Of a stretch of DNA of 64,000 nt, positions 36,815 through 45,970 are shown piece by piece. Both the position numbers and the translations under genes were made by a program. A model generated the notes under the pieces. It searched no databases. It was not told the origin of the DNA and saw only the letters and a list, made by a program, of their open reading frames with translations. Source of the DNA: a virus; IMG/VR virus record IMGVR_UViG_3300044692_000034, positions 1 to 64,000 of that record; one strand, written 5' to 3'. Numbering within the stretch: position 1 is the first letter of the stretch; each line of letters begins with the position of its first letter.

Positions 36815-37504
36815 CTAGCTCGCGGCCTTCTTCGCGGCGAGCCGGGCGTCGCGGCACGCCCGGCACTCGTCGCCGCGCTTGTCCCCGCCGATCGTCGGGA
36901 ACTTCGTGACGGGGTGCAGGCCGGCGCCGAGCTTGCAGTTCGCGCCGTTCTTGCACTCCTTCTGGCCGTCCTTGCTGACGGTGGAGGCGCGCGGCGCGCG
37001 GCGCCCGCTCGCGGTCGTCTCCGCGTTCGCGGCGGCCTCGCTCGCGGCCTTGGCGGCGTCGGCCTCGGCCGCCTTGCTCGCGCGGACGGCGGCGGCACGC
37101 CGGGCGGTTGCGGCACGCGGGTTCTCGTCGGCGTCCTCGCCGTGCTCCGCCATCCACGCGTCGCCGACGGCGATCATCTCCTCGACAGCCTTGGCCTGCT
37201 CCGGCTTGCCGGCGTCGCGGAGGTCCCCGAGGAGCCCCTGCCACTTCGAGATCGTCTTGGCGTTCTCGGCGGGCGAGTTGCCCTCCAGCTTCTTGAGCGC
37301 CTGCTCACGCGGCGTCGGCGGCGTGGACTTCTCGGCCTTCGGCGCGGCGGTGGCCGGCTTCTCCGAGCCCTTGCCGTTGATCTTCTCGGCCTCGGCCTCG
37401 GCGAGCTTCTTCGTGGTCGGCTGCCCCTTCGGCTGGCCGTTGACCTCGACCTGGAACTTGCGGCCCTTCTTGACGACGACTGCCGTCTCCGTGCTCGTGC
37501 TCAC
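36815..37504 (-). CDS. Lys/Ala-rich protein with C-terminal Zn ribbon, paralog family member 3
   Basis: AAGGGAG RBS + GTG; CKNGANC...PVTKFPT...ECRACRDAR. Confidence 0.85.
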   Translation of the reverse strand: MSTSTETAVVVKKGRKFQVEVNGQPKGQPTTKKLAEAEAEKINGKGSEKPATAAPKAEKSTPPTPREQALKKLEGNSPAENAKTISKWQGLLGDLRDAGKPEQAKAVEEMIAVGDAWMAEHGEDADENPRAATARRAAAVRASKAAEADAAKAASEAAANAETTASGRRAPRASTVSKDGQKECKNGANCKLGAGLHPVTKFPTIGGDKRGDECRACRDARLAAKKAAS

Positions 37505-37528
37505 GGTGTGACTCCCTTTGTGGGTAGC

Positions 37529-37580
37529 GGGTGGTGGGCGGTACTTGAAGTGAATGTACAGCACTCACCAGGTATTGCAA
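37529..37580 (-). promoter_or_regulatory. Leadered promoter TTGCAA-16-TACATT with CCCACCACCC in the 5' UTR
   Basis: -35 at 37575-37580, -10 at 37553-37558. Confidence 0.7.
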
Positions 37581-37858
37581 CCTTCTTCCATCAAACCTGT
37601 GGGCAACCGTTCGGGTGCACACGCTTGTACGTCAACTGCATCTCCTCCAGCACCAGCGACCTTGCCACCGACTCCGGCATCGCAGCGTCAGCCGGCATTG
37701 AGACGCGGAAGATCGGATTACCTGGTCGGCCCGTGTTCGTCTCCGCGATCCAGCAGCCCTCAAACCCTCCTATCGGACCGCCCTGGAACCCGAGCCACCG
37801 CATCGAGAAATCCGGCCACGCCGGTATGTCAGCTGTCACCATGCTCGACAGCATAAGG

Positions 37859-37944
37859 TGCGCGGAGTAGGAGTCGAACCTACGCAGTCAGAGACGGCGG
37901 CTTTACAGGCCGTTGGGCTCAAAACCACATGCCCAGGTCCGCGC
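37859..37944 (-). tRNA. tRNA-Tyr(GTA), atypical
   Basis: Acceptor GCGCGGA/TCCGCGC-A, anticodon loop CTGTAAA, long variable arm, T-arm GTAGG-TTCGACT-CCTAC; no U8. Confidence 0.8.
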
Positions 37945-37954
37945 ACAAACAAAG

Positions 37955-38036
37955 CGGAGGGCGCGGGAGTCGAACCCGGAGCTGGTTAGGCTCGCACGAT
38001 TAGCAATCGCGCTGCGGCACCGGACGCTCACCCTCC
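37955..38036 (-). tRNA. tRNA-Ser(GCT), atypical (possible 8/4 fold)
   Basis: GGAGGGTG/CGCCCTCC-G73, loop TTGCTAA, variable stem GAGC/GCTC, T-stem CGGG/CCCG with TTCGACT. Confidence 0.8.
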
Positions 38037-38588
38037 AAAGGAGGAGTGGGGTATCGCCGGTGACTACCGTGCTCCCGAAGAACGGTGCGAACGCGGTCGA
38101 ACAAGCTACGGTCTGAGCGGAGCTTGATCGAACGAATCGGCTTGCGCCGCAGAAGGTGCGGGTCGAGCGGCACGGCCGGGCAGTGTAGCCGAGGAGAGCG
38201 GGCGGCCGGGAGTGCACATCCCTGCTGGCCGCCCTCCTCTCTCTCTGTGGGTCGGTCTCCCGGCGGTCCGTGTCGGGAGACGGTGCACTTACCTCACACT
38301 GCGAAGTTTACGGGGCTCGCGCCCCCGATAGCTTGTCGACGACGCGAGCCCTGATCCTGCGAAGCACCATCTCAGCCGACTTATGTCCGGATGCCTGGCC
38401 TGGCAGTTCAGGGGTTCGAATCCCTTGCCGGAGTGCCCGAGTTCACCGAGACCCCTGGCGCTCAGTCACGTGTCGCGACATCTTGCTAACGAGGAGGCAG
38501 GGCTACTGCTCTTGCAGTCGGGGCCACTGGTGGTGCTTGGCAGGCAAGGTAGCCGCCAGCGGCCCAGCATGCAACTTGAACCGTTCGG

Positions 38589-39521
38589 CTAGTTGGTGAC
38601 GTGCGGCAGCGCATTGATCGCCGCGAGGGCGTCGGCCACGTAGATCGTGGCGCCCTCGGCCGGCGGCGTCGGGTCCGGGGGGGCCGGCGGGTCCGGGTCC
38701 GGGGGCGGCGTCGGAGTCGGCGGAGCGGGCGGGTTCGGGTCGGGCTGCCCGCCGAGCTGTTCGACGTCGTCGTTGAGCTGTTCGGCGTCGAAGCCGTTGA
38801 CGCTCAGGCCGTTCTTGAGCATGTCGTACGAGAGGACGCCGTACCCCTCGTCCATGTACTTCTTGATCCAGGACGGCGCGACCTTCTGGAGCTGCCCCCA
38901 CGTGACCACGAGGAACATGTCCTCGGCGACGAGATAGCCGACGACGATGACATCGTGGCCGCCTTCGATATGCGCGCCCTTGACGACGGTCCACGGCTCA
39001 CCGGCGTTGAACTGGTTCATCGCGGAGTCGGGGAACTCGACACCGATCGACGCCGCGCCGAACAGGTAGATCGCCATCTTGAGGTTCGTGACGTCGCCTG
39101 GGGTGATGGAGACGTACGCGCCGATCTTGTGGACCGAGCCGTCGGTGGCGAGGTGCATGCCCGTCTTGCGCCGGTAGTTCAGGGCGTCGAGCATGACGGT
39201 GCCCTGGTCCGTGTTCGGCTTCTTCGGGTTGAAGCCGGTGATGGCGGTGTAGAGCGCGAGCGCGTCCTTGTCCGTCACCGTCACGGGCGTGCCCGCCTCG
39301 GCGTTCCACAGCATCGTGCCGTGCCCCGCGTCCGCCTCGACGCAGTCGCCGTACTCGTCGTTGCCGAGCATGCCCCACCCGTCCGCCGGGAACAGGTCGT
39401 AGTTGCCGAGGTCCGTCGTCGGCAGCAGCGGCAGGTCGATGTCCTTCGTGTACCGCGTCATCTGGAGAGTGCGCGGGTCGTACTTGGCCGGGGCTTTGCC
39501 CAGCGGAAGAGGAGGACTCAT
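38589..39521 (-). CDS. Papain-fold (C1/C39-like) cysteine peptidase
   Basis: GNDEYGDC (catalytic Cys), GGHDVIVVGY, VVTWG; Pro-rich linker at C-terminus. Confidence 0.8.
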   Translation of the reverse strand: MSPPLPLGKAPAKYDPRTLQMTRYTKDIDLPLLPTTDLGNYDLFPADGWGMLGNDEYGDCVEADAGHGTMLWNAEAGTPVTVTDKDALALYTAITGFNPKKPNTDQGTVMLDALNYRRKTGMHLATDGSVHKIGAYVSITPGDVTNLKMAIYLFGAASIGVEFPDSAMNQFNAGEPWTVVKGAHIEGGHDVIVVGYLVAEDMFLVVTWGQLQKVAPSWIKKYMDEGYGVLSYDMLKNGLSVNGFDAEQLNDDVEQLGGQPDPNPPAPPTPTPPPDPDPPAPPDPTPPAEGATIYVADALAAINALPHVTN

Positions 39522-39557
39522 GCGCGGCATCGTAACCGCCGCCGCATGAGAGCCTTC

Positions 39558-39878
39558 TTACGATGGGCGCAGCGGCCAGTAACCGAGAGTCACGGCCACG
39601 AGATGTGGCAGCCCCCAGTCCTTGCCTTCCTGCCCCCTCGTGCCGAGCCACAGCAGGCACTCAGCCTTCGCCCGCTCCATCGTCGGGCGCGGCTCTGCAC
39701 CGCCCATCTCAGCTTTGACCGCCGCACCACCCGGCGGGGCGGTCATCTTCTCGACGGCGCCCATGATGGCGCGGAGCTGATTCTGTGGCACGAGCCGTAC
39801 CCACCGGTCGCGGCCCGCCTGCCAGTTGGCCGCTTGCTCCGGCTGGTCGTACTCGGCGTACATGGTGAGCGGGGTCAT
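39558..39878 (-). CDS. Hypothetical protein
   Basis: ATGA coupled. Confidence 0.6.
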   Translation of the reverse strand: MTPLTMYAEYDQPEQAANWQAGRDRWVRLVPQNQLRAIMGAVEKMTAPPGGAAVKAEMGGAEPRPTMERAKAECLLWLGTRGQEGKDWGLPHLVAVTLGYWPLRPS

Positions 39879-41647
39879 AGGATCGCCGGCCGTCCGTTCC
39901 TTTCGATGACTTGCACGGCCGACAACTCTACCGGCAGCCCACAGGACCGACAGAGCCCCGTCTTCCTGTCCTTGTTGCTGATCACGTCAACGCACGAGCA
40001 GAGCATGCCCCACGAACGGAGCCTGTCCCGGTTCTGCCGGTCGGCGACGGCTGCGTGCTCGTCGCACAGCTCCTCGATGTCGCTGATCGGCTTCTCCATG
40101 CCCTTGATCTGCCTCCACCCCGATGGCACGCGCCGCGCCGCTTGCCGCTCGATGCCGGCCTTCTTGCACCACGCGCACGGGCCGCGCTCGATCCGCTCCT
40201 CCTCTCGGCGCGTGTAGTACACGTTCTTGTCGGCGAGTCGTTGCGCTCCACGTGAGCCCGCCCAATGCTCGACGACGACCGCCGCACCGGGGTTCTCGAA
40301 GTCGGGGAGCGCCACACCGTCCGGCGTGAACTTGCCGCCCGTGAGGTCGAGCGCCGGCACGGCCTGCCCCATCTCGGGCTTGGCGTTCCACAGCTCCCGG
40401 CCGTCGAGCGGGTTCACGTACGTGTGGTGGTTCTGCATCACGATGATCGGCTGCGCCCTGAACAGGCTCCGCCGCGTGAACCACTCCGGGAAGAAGTCGG
40501 GCTTCTTGACGCGGGCTGCTTCCATATCTCGCATCACGACGAGCCCAACGTCCTCCTCTGCATGCTTCAACCGCTCACGGAAGTTGCTCGGCACCGTCGC
40601 CACCAACTCGTCAGCATCGATGACGAAGAACCAGTCACCGGGGTCGCTCACACCAAGCGCCGTCGTAAACAACGACGTACGCTTCTCGACCTCACTCTCC
40701 CACGGATACGGCGGGATGTGCAGTGTCACACCCATCCCCAGCTTCGCACACACCAGCACAATGGACCCGAGCTGGTCCCCCGGACTCATGTGCTCCTTGC
40801 CCGGGTAGAGCTTGTACCTGCCGTCCATGGCGACAACGTGGTCGACGCCGGCGGCGGCCATGCGCGTCAGGCAGCCGGTGAGCACCTTGATCGGCTCGTT
40901 GAAGAACGAGAGCAGCGCGACGATCCGTTCGCCGCGTGGTGCCTGCACGTGGCGCGGCGGCTGCTTGTTCTCCCCGACCTCGTCTTCCGGCACTTCGATG
41001 TCGTCGGGGACGTCTGTCCACCGGACGGCTTGTGGCTTGGCTCCGATGAGCAGCCGCTTCTGCGGCGCTTCGTCGAGTTGGTTCCACCGCTCCTTGACGT
41101 GGAAGACGAAACCGTCTCGCGGCGAGATGATCCCGATACCTGACTGCGCGAGGTTGTACGAGAGGACGTAGTCCATCTGACCACCAAACTCGCTGACCTC
41201 CAGCGGGTGGTCGAGCCACAGCTCACGGGTCATGCACGTGAGCGCGAGCCCCGCGAACGTGGTGTCGATGACCTCGTACTCCTCGACCTCGTCCTTGGTC
41301 ATGAACGCGTAGCTTGTAACAAGCGGCGGCGGCGGCGGCAGCACGTTCGTCGTCAGGTTCATGAGTGGTGTGTCGGCCGCGAGCTGGCAATAGCCGGTCA
41401 CGCACAGGTCAGTGTTCTCATCGTGGAGCGCGAGCACCGCCGCGAGCGCTTCCGGCGTCGGCCGCGTGTCGTCGCTAATGACGACATAGCGGTCAAAGCT
41501 CGTGGCTTTGATCGCCTCGTTGATCGCCCATGCCGCCTGCCGCTCGGGCATGTACTGGATCCAGCACTTCGCCACCGGGAGAGACGCGAGCGCTTCCATG
41601 CAGTCGGGTATCTCACGCGGGTTCAAGATCATCAGTGCGGTGTTCAT
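39875..41647 (-). CDS. Two-domain GT-A (GT2-like) glycosyltransferase with C-terminal Cys motifs
   Basis: Domain 1 YVVISDD; domain 2 SFFNE...VVAMDG...WFFVIDADE; CAWC, CRSC. Confidence 0.75.
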   Translation of the reverse strand: MNTALMILNPREIPDCMEALASLPVAKCWIQYMPERQAAWAINEAIKATSFDRYVVISDDTRPTPEALAAVLALHDENTDLCVTGYCQLAADTPLMNLTTNVLPPPPPLVTSYAFMTKDEVEEYEVIDTTFAGLALTCMTRELWLDHPLEVSEFGGQMDYVLSYNLAQSGIGIISPRDGFVFHVKERWNQLDEAPQKRLLIGAKPQAVRWTDVPDDIEVPEDEVGENKQPPRHVQAPRGERIVALLSFFNEPIKVLTGCLTRMAAAGVDHVVAMDGRYKLYPGKEHMSPGDQLGSIVLVCAKLGMGVTLHIPPYPWESEVEKRTSLFTTALGVSDPGDWFFVIDADELVATVPSNFRERLKHAEEDVGLVVMRDMEAARVKKPDFFPEWFTRRSLFRAQPIIVMQNHHTYVNPLDGRELWNAKPEMGQAVPALDLTGGKFTPDGVALPDFENPGAAVVVEHWAGSRGAQRLADKNVYYTRREEERIERGPCAWCKKAGIERQAARRVPSGWRQIKGMEKPISDIEELCDEHAAVADRQNRDRLRSWGMLCSCVDVISNKDRKTGLCRSCGLPVELSAVQVIERNGRPAIL

Positions 41648-42369
41648 GCGGCTCCCTCTAGCACAGGTGCCGCGCCAGTCTCACGCAGCTCTTCGACTCG
41701 TTCGAGGACGTGCAGTGCGTCGGTGAGGCTGCACATGCCGGAGCGCGACCCCATGAAGTTGTGCCACTGCGCGAACAGCGGCTTGAGCCGGTGCGCGCAT
41801 AGGTCAAAAGCGCGCTCGCCCCACGCCGGTCCGACGGTCTCGATGCGGCGCACCATCTCTGTGTAGTTCGCCTTCGTGCTGTACTCGGCGTGCCCGAAGC
41901 CCAGGAACCTGACGAGGTCGACGTCGTGCGTGACGAGGTCGAGCCAGATGTCGGGGCTCGGGCGCGTCCCCCACCGCACCATCTTGACGGTCGTCTGTGC
42001 GCGCTGCGGGCGGGTGCTGCCAGCGATGATCGCCTGCACGATTGGGTTCCACCTTTCGGTGTAGCCCACGGCCGGCCGGCTCGCCCCGATGAAGTCACGT
42101 AGGCGTGCCATTTCGTTCGCGCTCGCCGCACCGGGCTTCTCGATGAGCAGCCGCTCACAGATCCGCTCGATGTCGACAGAGACCTCGGCGAGATGTTTGA
42201 TTGGTACAGCGACGACAGCAGCCGAGTAGTAGACGCCTACTGGGACGTCAAGTCGCATCGCGCCGGCGTCGGGGCGTGGGTCGACGGTAGTGACGCGGTA
42301 CCCGAGGTTGCGGAGCGTGTCAGCGTGGAACCTGCCCATACGGCCATGCCCCACGACGAGGGCTCTCAC
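41644..42369 (-). CDS. Gfo/Idh/MocA-family NAD(P) oxidoreductase
   Basis: VVGHGRMG, IEKP, VGYTERWNP, DLVTHDVD. Confidence 0.9.
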   Translation of the reverse strand: MRALVVGHGRMGRFHADTLRNLGYRVTTVDPRPDAGAMRLDVPVGVYYSAAVVAVPIKHLAEVSVDIERICERLLIEKPGAASANEMARLRDFIGASRPAVGYTERWNPIVQAIIAGSTRPQRAQTTVKMVRWGTRPSPDIWLDLVTHDVDLVRFLGFGHAEYSTKANYTEMVRRIETVGPAWGERAFDLCAHRLKPLFAQWHNFMGSRSGMCSLTDALHVLERVEELRETGAAPVLEGAA

Positions 42370-42632
42370 GCCTGCTCCGCTGCTGCCTGACGAGCCTGCA
42401 CCGTCTCCCGGACCTGCGTGATCTCGACGCCGGGGCCGAGCACCATCACCGGCACCTTGAACCCCCACTGCTCAGAGACGTGCGCCTTGATATCTCCTGC
42501 CAGCTCCTTGAAGTCGTGGTTCGGCATGGTCTTCCACGTGTCGCCATCCAAGCTGAAGACGAGCGCGTCTCCCGGCTCCAACGTCAGCTTCCGGACCTCG
42601 ATGTCCATGAGCCGCTTTAGGTCGTCGGTCAT
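42366..42632 (-). CDS. Phage hypothetical protein
   Basis: LTLEPGDALV...VMVLGPGVEI. Confidence 0.65.
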   Translation of the reverse strand: MTDDLKRLMDIEVRKLTLEPGDALVFSLDGDTWKTMPNHDFKELAGDIKAHVSEQWGFKVPVMVLGPGVEITQVRETVQARQAAAEQA

Positions 42633-43003
42633 GCTTCCTCTCCTGTGATCTGCCGCCACCATGCGACAGCTTGAACCCGGTTTCTGACCCCAATGCGCGG
42701 ATAGATCTGCGCAAGGTGATACTTCACTGCCTGCTCTGTCGTCGACAACCGCGCCGCTATCTCAGAGTTCGTGAACCCTTCGGCGAGCAGTGTCACGACC
42801 TCTGCTTCGGTGCGCGAGAGCCCGTGACTAACGTCACGGCGCGTCCCCTCGTCCGGCGTGAACTCGTACGCCTCCCGGTTGTAGACGACCGTCTCAACCG
42901 TCTGCGAGCCGCACTGATGGCAATACGGTGTCTCGCGCTGCAACCTGCAAGCCCGGCACACACGGATTTTGACGCCCTTTGGCCATAGCGGTACGCCGCT
43001 CAT
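42629..43003 (-). CDS. Zn-ribbon + LuxR-type HTH transcription regulator
   Basis: CRAC..CHQC; LSRTEAEVVTLLAEGFTNSEIAARL...VKYHLAQIYPRIGVRNRVQAV. Confidence 0.9.
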   Translation of the reverse strand: MSGVPLWPKGVKIRVCRACRLQRETPYCHQCGSQTVETVVYNREAYEFTPDEGTRRDVSHGLSRTEAEVVTLLAEGFTNSEIAARLSTTEQAVKYHLAQIYPRIGVRNRVQAVAWWRQITGEEA

Positions 43004-44652
43004 CGGCCCACCACCGCAACCATCGGCACCTTCGGCTCGACCATTAGGTCGGCGCCGCCGACGCAGTTGGCCATACCAAGCGCCGTCAGGCCGTCAATGA
43101 CGCGCACCTCTTGCAAGGCCGCCGAACGGCTCGTCGCCGGCCGGTCGAACCTGTACTTGTCTCCCGGCAGCTTCCGTGCTATCGCATTCATGATGTGCGA
43201 GCGGAGAGCACCATGAATCTCCTCCCTCTCTCCTGTCGTTCCGTCAACGACGATGTCGGGAACGCGGCACCAGCGAAGCCACCTCTCCACCACATCGCTG
43301 TCAGGTGCCGCGCCGCCACGCAACGCCTGCATGAACGCGTCGTAGTCCTGCTGCGCGTTCGCGTTCCCTTGAGACCGATCAACGACGTCGCAGCCGATCT
43401 CTTCCTCAAGCCAAAGCATCGTGTCTTCGGCTTTGGTGGTGTCCATCACGACCATCTTGATGGGGTTGCGTGCGTGGATCGCCAAGAAGGCGTCACGCAC
43501 GTGCACAGGGCTGAGCGTTGTGCCATCGCGCGGCGGCTCAAGGATCCATGCCTGCCCGATGAGACGCAGCTTGCGGTGCGGGATCCACAGCGGCACGAGC
43601 GCCGTCGTGTCGAGGCTCCATGCGAAGTCGGCACCGACGATGATGGGCACACCCTTCGGCAGGATGCCTTCGGGGGCTTCTTCGAGTTGCCCCGCCTCCA
43701 GCACGGCGTCATCCCAGTCGGCTTCGTTGACGGCTGCGCTACTCGACCGCGCCGGGATGTTGCACGTGAGCCGCAGCCACCCCTCGCCGTAATCGAGCGT
43801 CGGGCTCGCGCGCTTGCGCCGTAGGCTCTCCTCCGTGATCTTGGCGAGCGGGTTCGCCTGCTTCACGATGGAGATGTCTTCGACGAGTCGGCGGTCTGGG
43901 ACGGCGTACTCGTGCAGGACGCTCGTGTCCGTCTCGTAGCGGCCGAAACACACGCCGCGCTTGGTGCTCTTCGTCGCGTGCTGCCGCAGCGAGTCGCGTG
44001 ACTTCTCAAAGTCGCTGCCCGGCTCACCGGACGTCGAGATCATGACGATGCTCGCGCCGCGCTTCTCACACTTGCCCTTCCACAGCCGATACAGGCCAAG
44101 GTCGCGGTGCCGGTGCCCCTCGTCGATGACCGGCAGTGTGGGGATGACGCCGTCTGCTGTGTCCTTGTCGGCGGCGTACACCTTGAGGCCCTGCCCGCCG
44201 TTGAACCGGTGCTTGATGAGCCGTGTGCCCTTGATCTCGTACGGGCCGTCGCACGAGCCGCGCTCACCTGGCAGAGCGTTCTCATCGGGTACGGTCGGGC
44301 CGTCCTTCATGTACAGCAGGCCCGGTGTGCGCTCAATGAACCCCTTCGCCTGTGTGAACAGGATCTCCGCCTGGTCGCGAGACGCGGCGCCGATAGGCAC
44401 CCACGGCTCGTTCGTGACCTCCAGGTGGTAGAGACAGATCTCCGCGATGAACGTTGTCTTGGAGTTGCCCTCCGGGACGATCAGCCAGCACTCTTCGTAG
44501 CCGTGAAGGACGTCTGCCATGAAGTCGAGCTGCCACCGCTCCGGCGGATGCCTCTTCCCGTCCTCGAAGACCAGCTCAGACGCCCAGCGCTTGAAGTGCG
44601 CGAGCGTGCCGGGCTGGCCCTGGACCTGCCCTGGCCACTCATGCCACGCCAT
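43000..44652 (-). CDS. terL: Terminase large subunit
   Basis: WQ motif, Walker A VPEGNSKTT, AASRDQA, Walker B VIDEGH, ISTSG, ANP, nuclease GADF...DTTA, C-terminal IDGLTA. Confidence 0.9.
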   Translation of the reverse strand: MAWHEWPGQVQGQPGTLAHFKRWASELVFEDGKRHPPERWQLDFMADVLHGYEECWLIVPEGNSKTTFIAEICLYHLEVTNEPWVPIGAASRDQAEILFTQAKGFIERTPGLLYMKDGPTVPDENALPGERGSCDGPYEIKGTRLIKHRFNGGQGLKVYAADKDTADGVIPTLPVIDEGHRHRDLGLYRLWKGKCEKRGASIVMISTSGEPGSDFEKSRDSLRQHATKSTKRGVCFGRYETDTSVLHEYAVPDRRLVEDISIVKQANPLAKITEESLRRKRASPTLDYGEGWLRLTCNIPARSSSAAVNEADWDDAVLEAGQLEEAPEGILPKGVPIIVGADFAWSLDTTALVPLWIPHRKLRLIGQAWILEPPRDGTTLSPVHVRDAFLAIHARNPIKMVVMDTTKAEDTMLWLEEEIGCDVVDRSQGNANAQQDYDAFMQALRGGAAPDSDVVERWLRWCRVPDIVVDGTTGEREEIHGALRSHIMNAIARKLPGDKYRFDRPATSRSAALQEVRVIDGLTALGMANCVGGADLMVEPKVPMVAVVGR

Positions 44653-44829
44653 CGCGCCCCTCTAGGAACCTGCGTACGTCTTCCTGCTCAGCAGCCTTGA
44701 GGGCTTCGTAGGCTTCTGGTTTGAGGAGCTTGTGCGCCGCAGCGTCGATCTTCTCGCTGGCTCGCCGTAGCGACTCGACCATCTCCTCGTCGAAGAGGGA
44801 GATCGTGTGTACGACGTGCGGCTCCTCGC

Positions 44830-45429
44830 TCATCGTGACCGCTCAGTGGTGATCAGCGTGAACGGCTCCCGGACGCCGGCGCCGTGGTGCTGCGCCGCGT
44901 CGAGCGCGTACGGCAGGTGAGCAGGGTCCGGCCCGTTGAGGCGTGCGCCGAGCGCGTGCAGGGCGCCGAGCGCGTGGTATGCCCCTGACCCGACGGCGTT
45001 GTACCCGTAGGAGGTGCGGCACACATGGAAGTCGCTGTCGACGGAGAACAGGTAGCCGGCGACGCCGACGAGCCATGTCCCGCCCGTCTCCGTCCCATTC
45101 TCGACCTTCGTGTAACCGTGCTCCTTGAGTGCCTGCCTGACCTTCGGGACGTACTTGGTGACCATCCACCGGAGCCACCACTCGTCCGCGTCATCGGGGT
45201 CCCATTCGGTGTCGTCGTCTTGCGGGTTCGGGGGCTCGGCGTGGTACCTGAGGATTTGCAGCATCCGGTAGCTGCTCGTCCCACCGATGACGAAGTTGTA
45301 GTCGGGGCCTTCGTAGACCCATGCCTTGGCGTCGAGCCGCACTCCCGCGTTGCAGAAGTCAGCTGCACCGAAGGAGTCGAAGCCGATGATGGTCTCGCCT
45401 TCGTACTCCATGCCGACGACGCATGTCAT
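44830..45429 (-). CDS. HslV/proteasome-beta-like Ntn threonine peptidase
   Basis: N-terminal MTCVVG (Thr nucleophile), GFDS, K, AVGSGAYHALGAL. Confidence 0.85.
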   Translation of the reverse strand: MTCVVGMEYEGETIIGFDSFGAADFCNAGVRLDAKAWVYEGPDYNFVIGGTSSYRMLQILRYHAEPPNPQDDDTEWDPDDADEWWLRWMVTKYVPKVRQALKEHGYTKVENGTETGGTWLVGVAGYLFSVDSDFHVCRTSYGYNAVGSGAYHALGALHALGARLNGPDPAHLPYALDAAQHHGAGVREPFTLITTERSR

Positions 45430-45638
45430 CGGCGGCTCCCGGCTGCGCGGGGGCGTGGCCGCACACGGTTGGTGCGGGGGGCGTCGGCCTCGTCTCTCTC
45501 CTCCATGAGGCCATCCGCAATGAGCTGGTTCTCGACCGCTCGCGTGAGGTACGTATTGAGGCCAATGTCGCCGCGTGCCTGGTCGACCAACCTTTTGGTC
45601 TCGTTGTCCAGTCGAAGCGGAACCCGCTCAAGGGCCAT
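45426..45638 (-). CDS. Ribbon-helix-helix DNA-binding protein
   Basis: RVPLRLDNETKRLVDQARGDIGLNTYLTRAV. Confidence 0.7.
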   Translation of the reverse strand: MALERVPLRLDNETKRLVDQARGDIGLNTYLTRAVENQLIADGLMEERDEADAPRTNRVRPRPRAAGSRR

Positions 45639-45970
45639 CTATGTCCGTCCTTGGGTTGTTGACGTAACTTCCGTCTCGACCCGACGGACCGTGCTAGAGG
45701 CCACCCTCCTCTATGAGCGCATCATAGGGATGGCACCATTAGGCGCCAAGTGGCACATCCGTTTAGGCCGCTAGCCGCTAGTTTCCTGTGCGTAGCTGCT
45801 GATGCTGGACTCAACCGGCATCTTGAACGACCCAGAGCACGGCACCACGTGGTTTAGAGGGTCCAATCGTTGGTGCGCTGTCATGCGCGGCTCGTCGTTG
45901 ACAAGCTCAAGTTCGCGGCGAGAACCGCACGTAACGCAGTCGCCCCACAGCGGCGGATGACCATAGACGG

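Noticed and set aside
38311-38432. tmRNA (GGGGCT 5' end plus downstream T-arm)
   Set aside because: The GGGGCT segment pairs locally, the T-arm is only ~100 nt away and is not followed by a matching acceptor strand or CCA, and no tag ORF is evident
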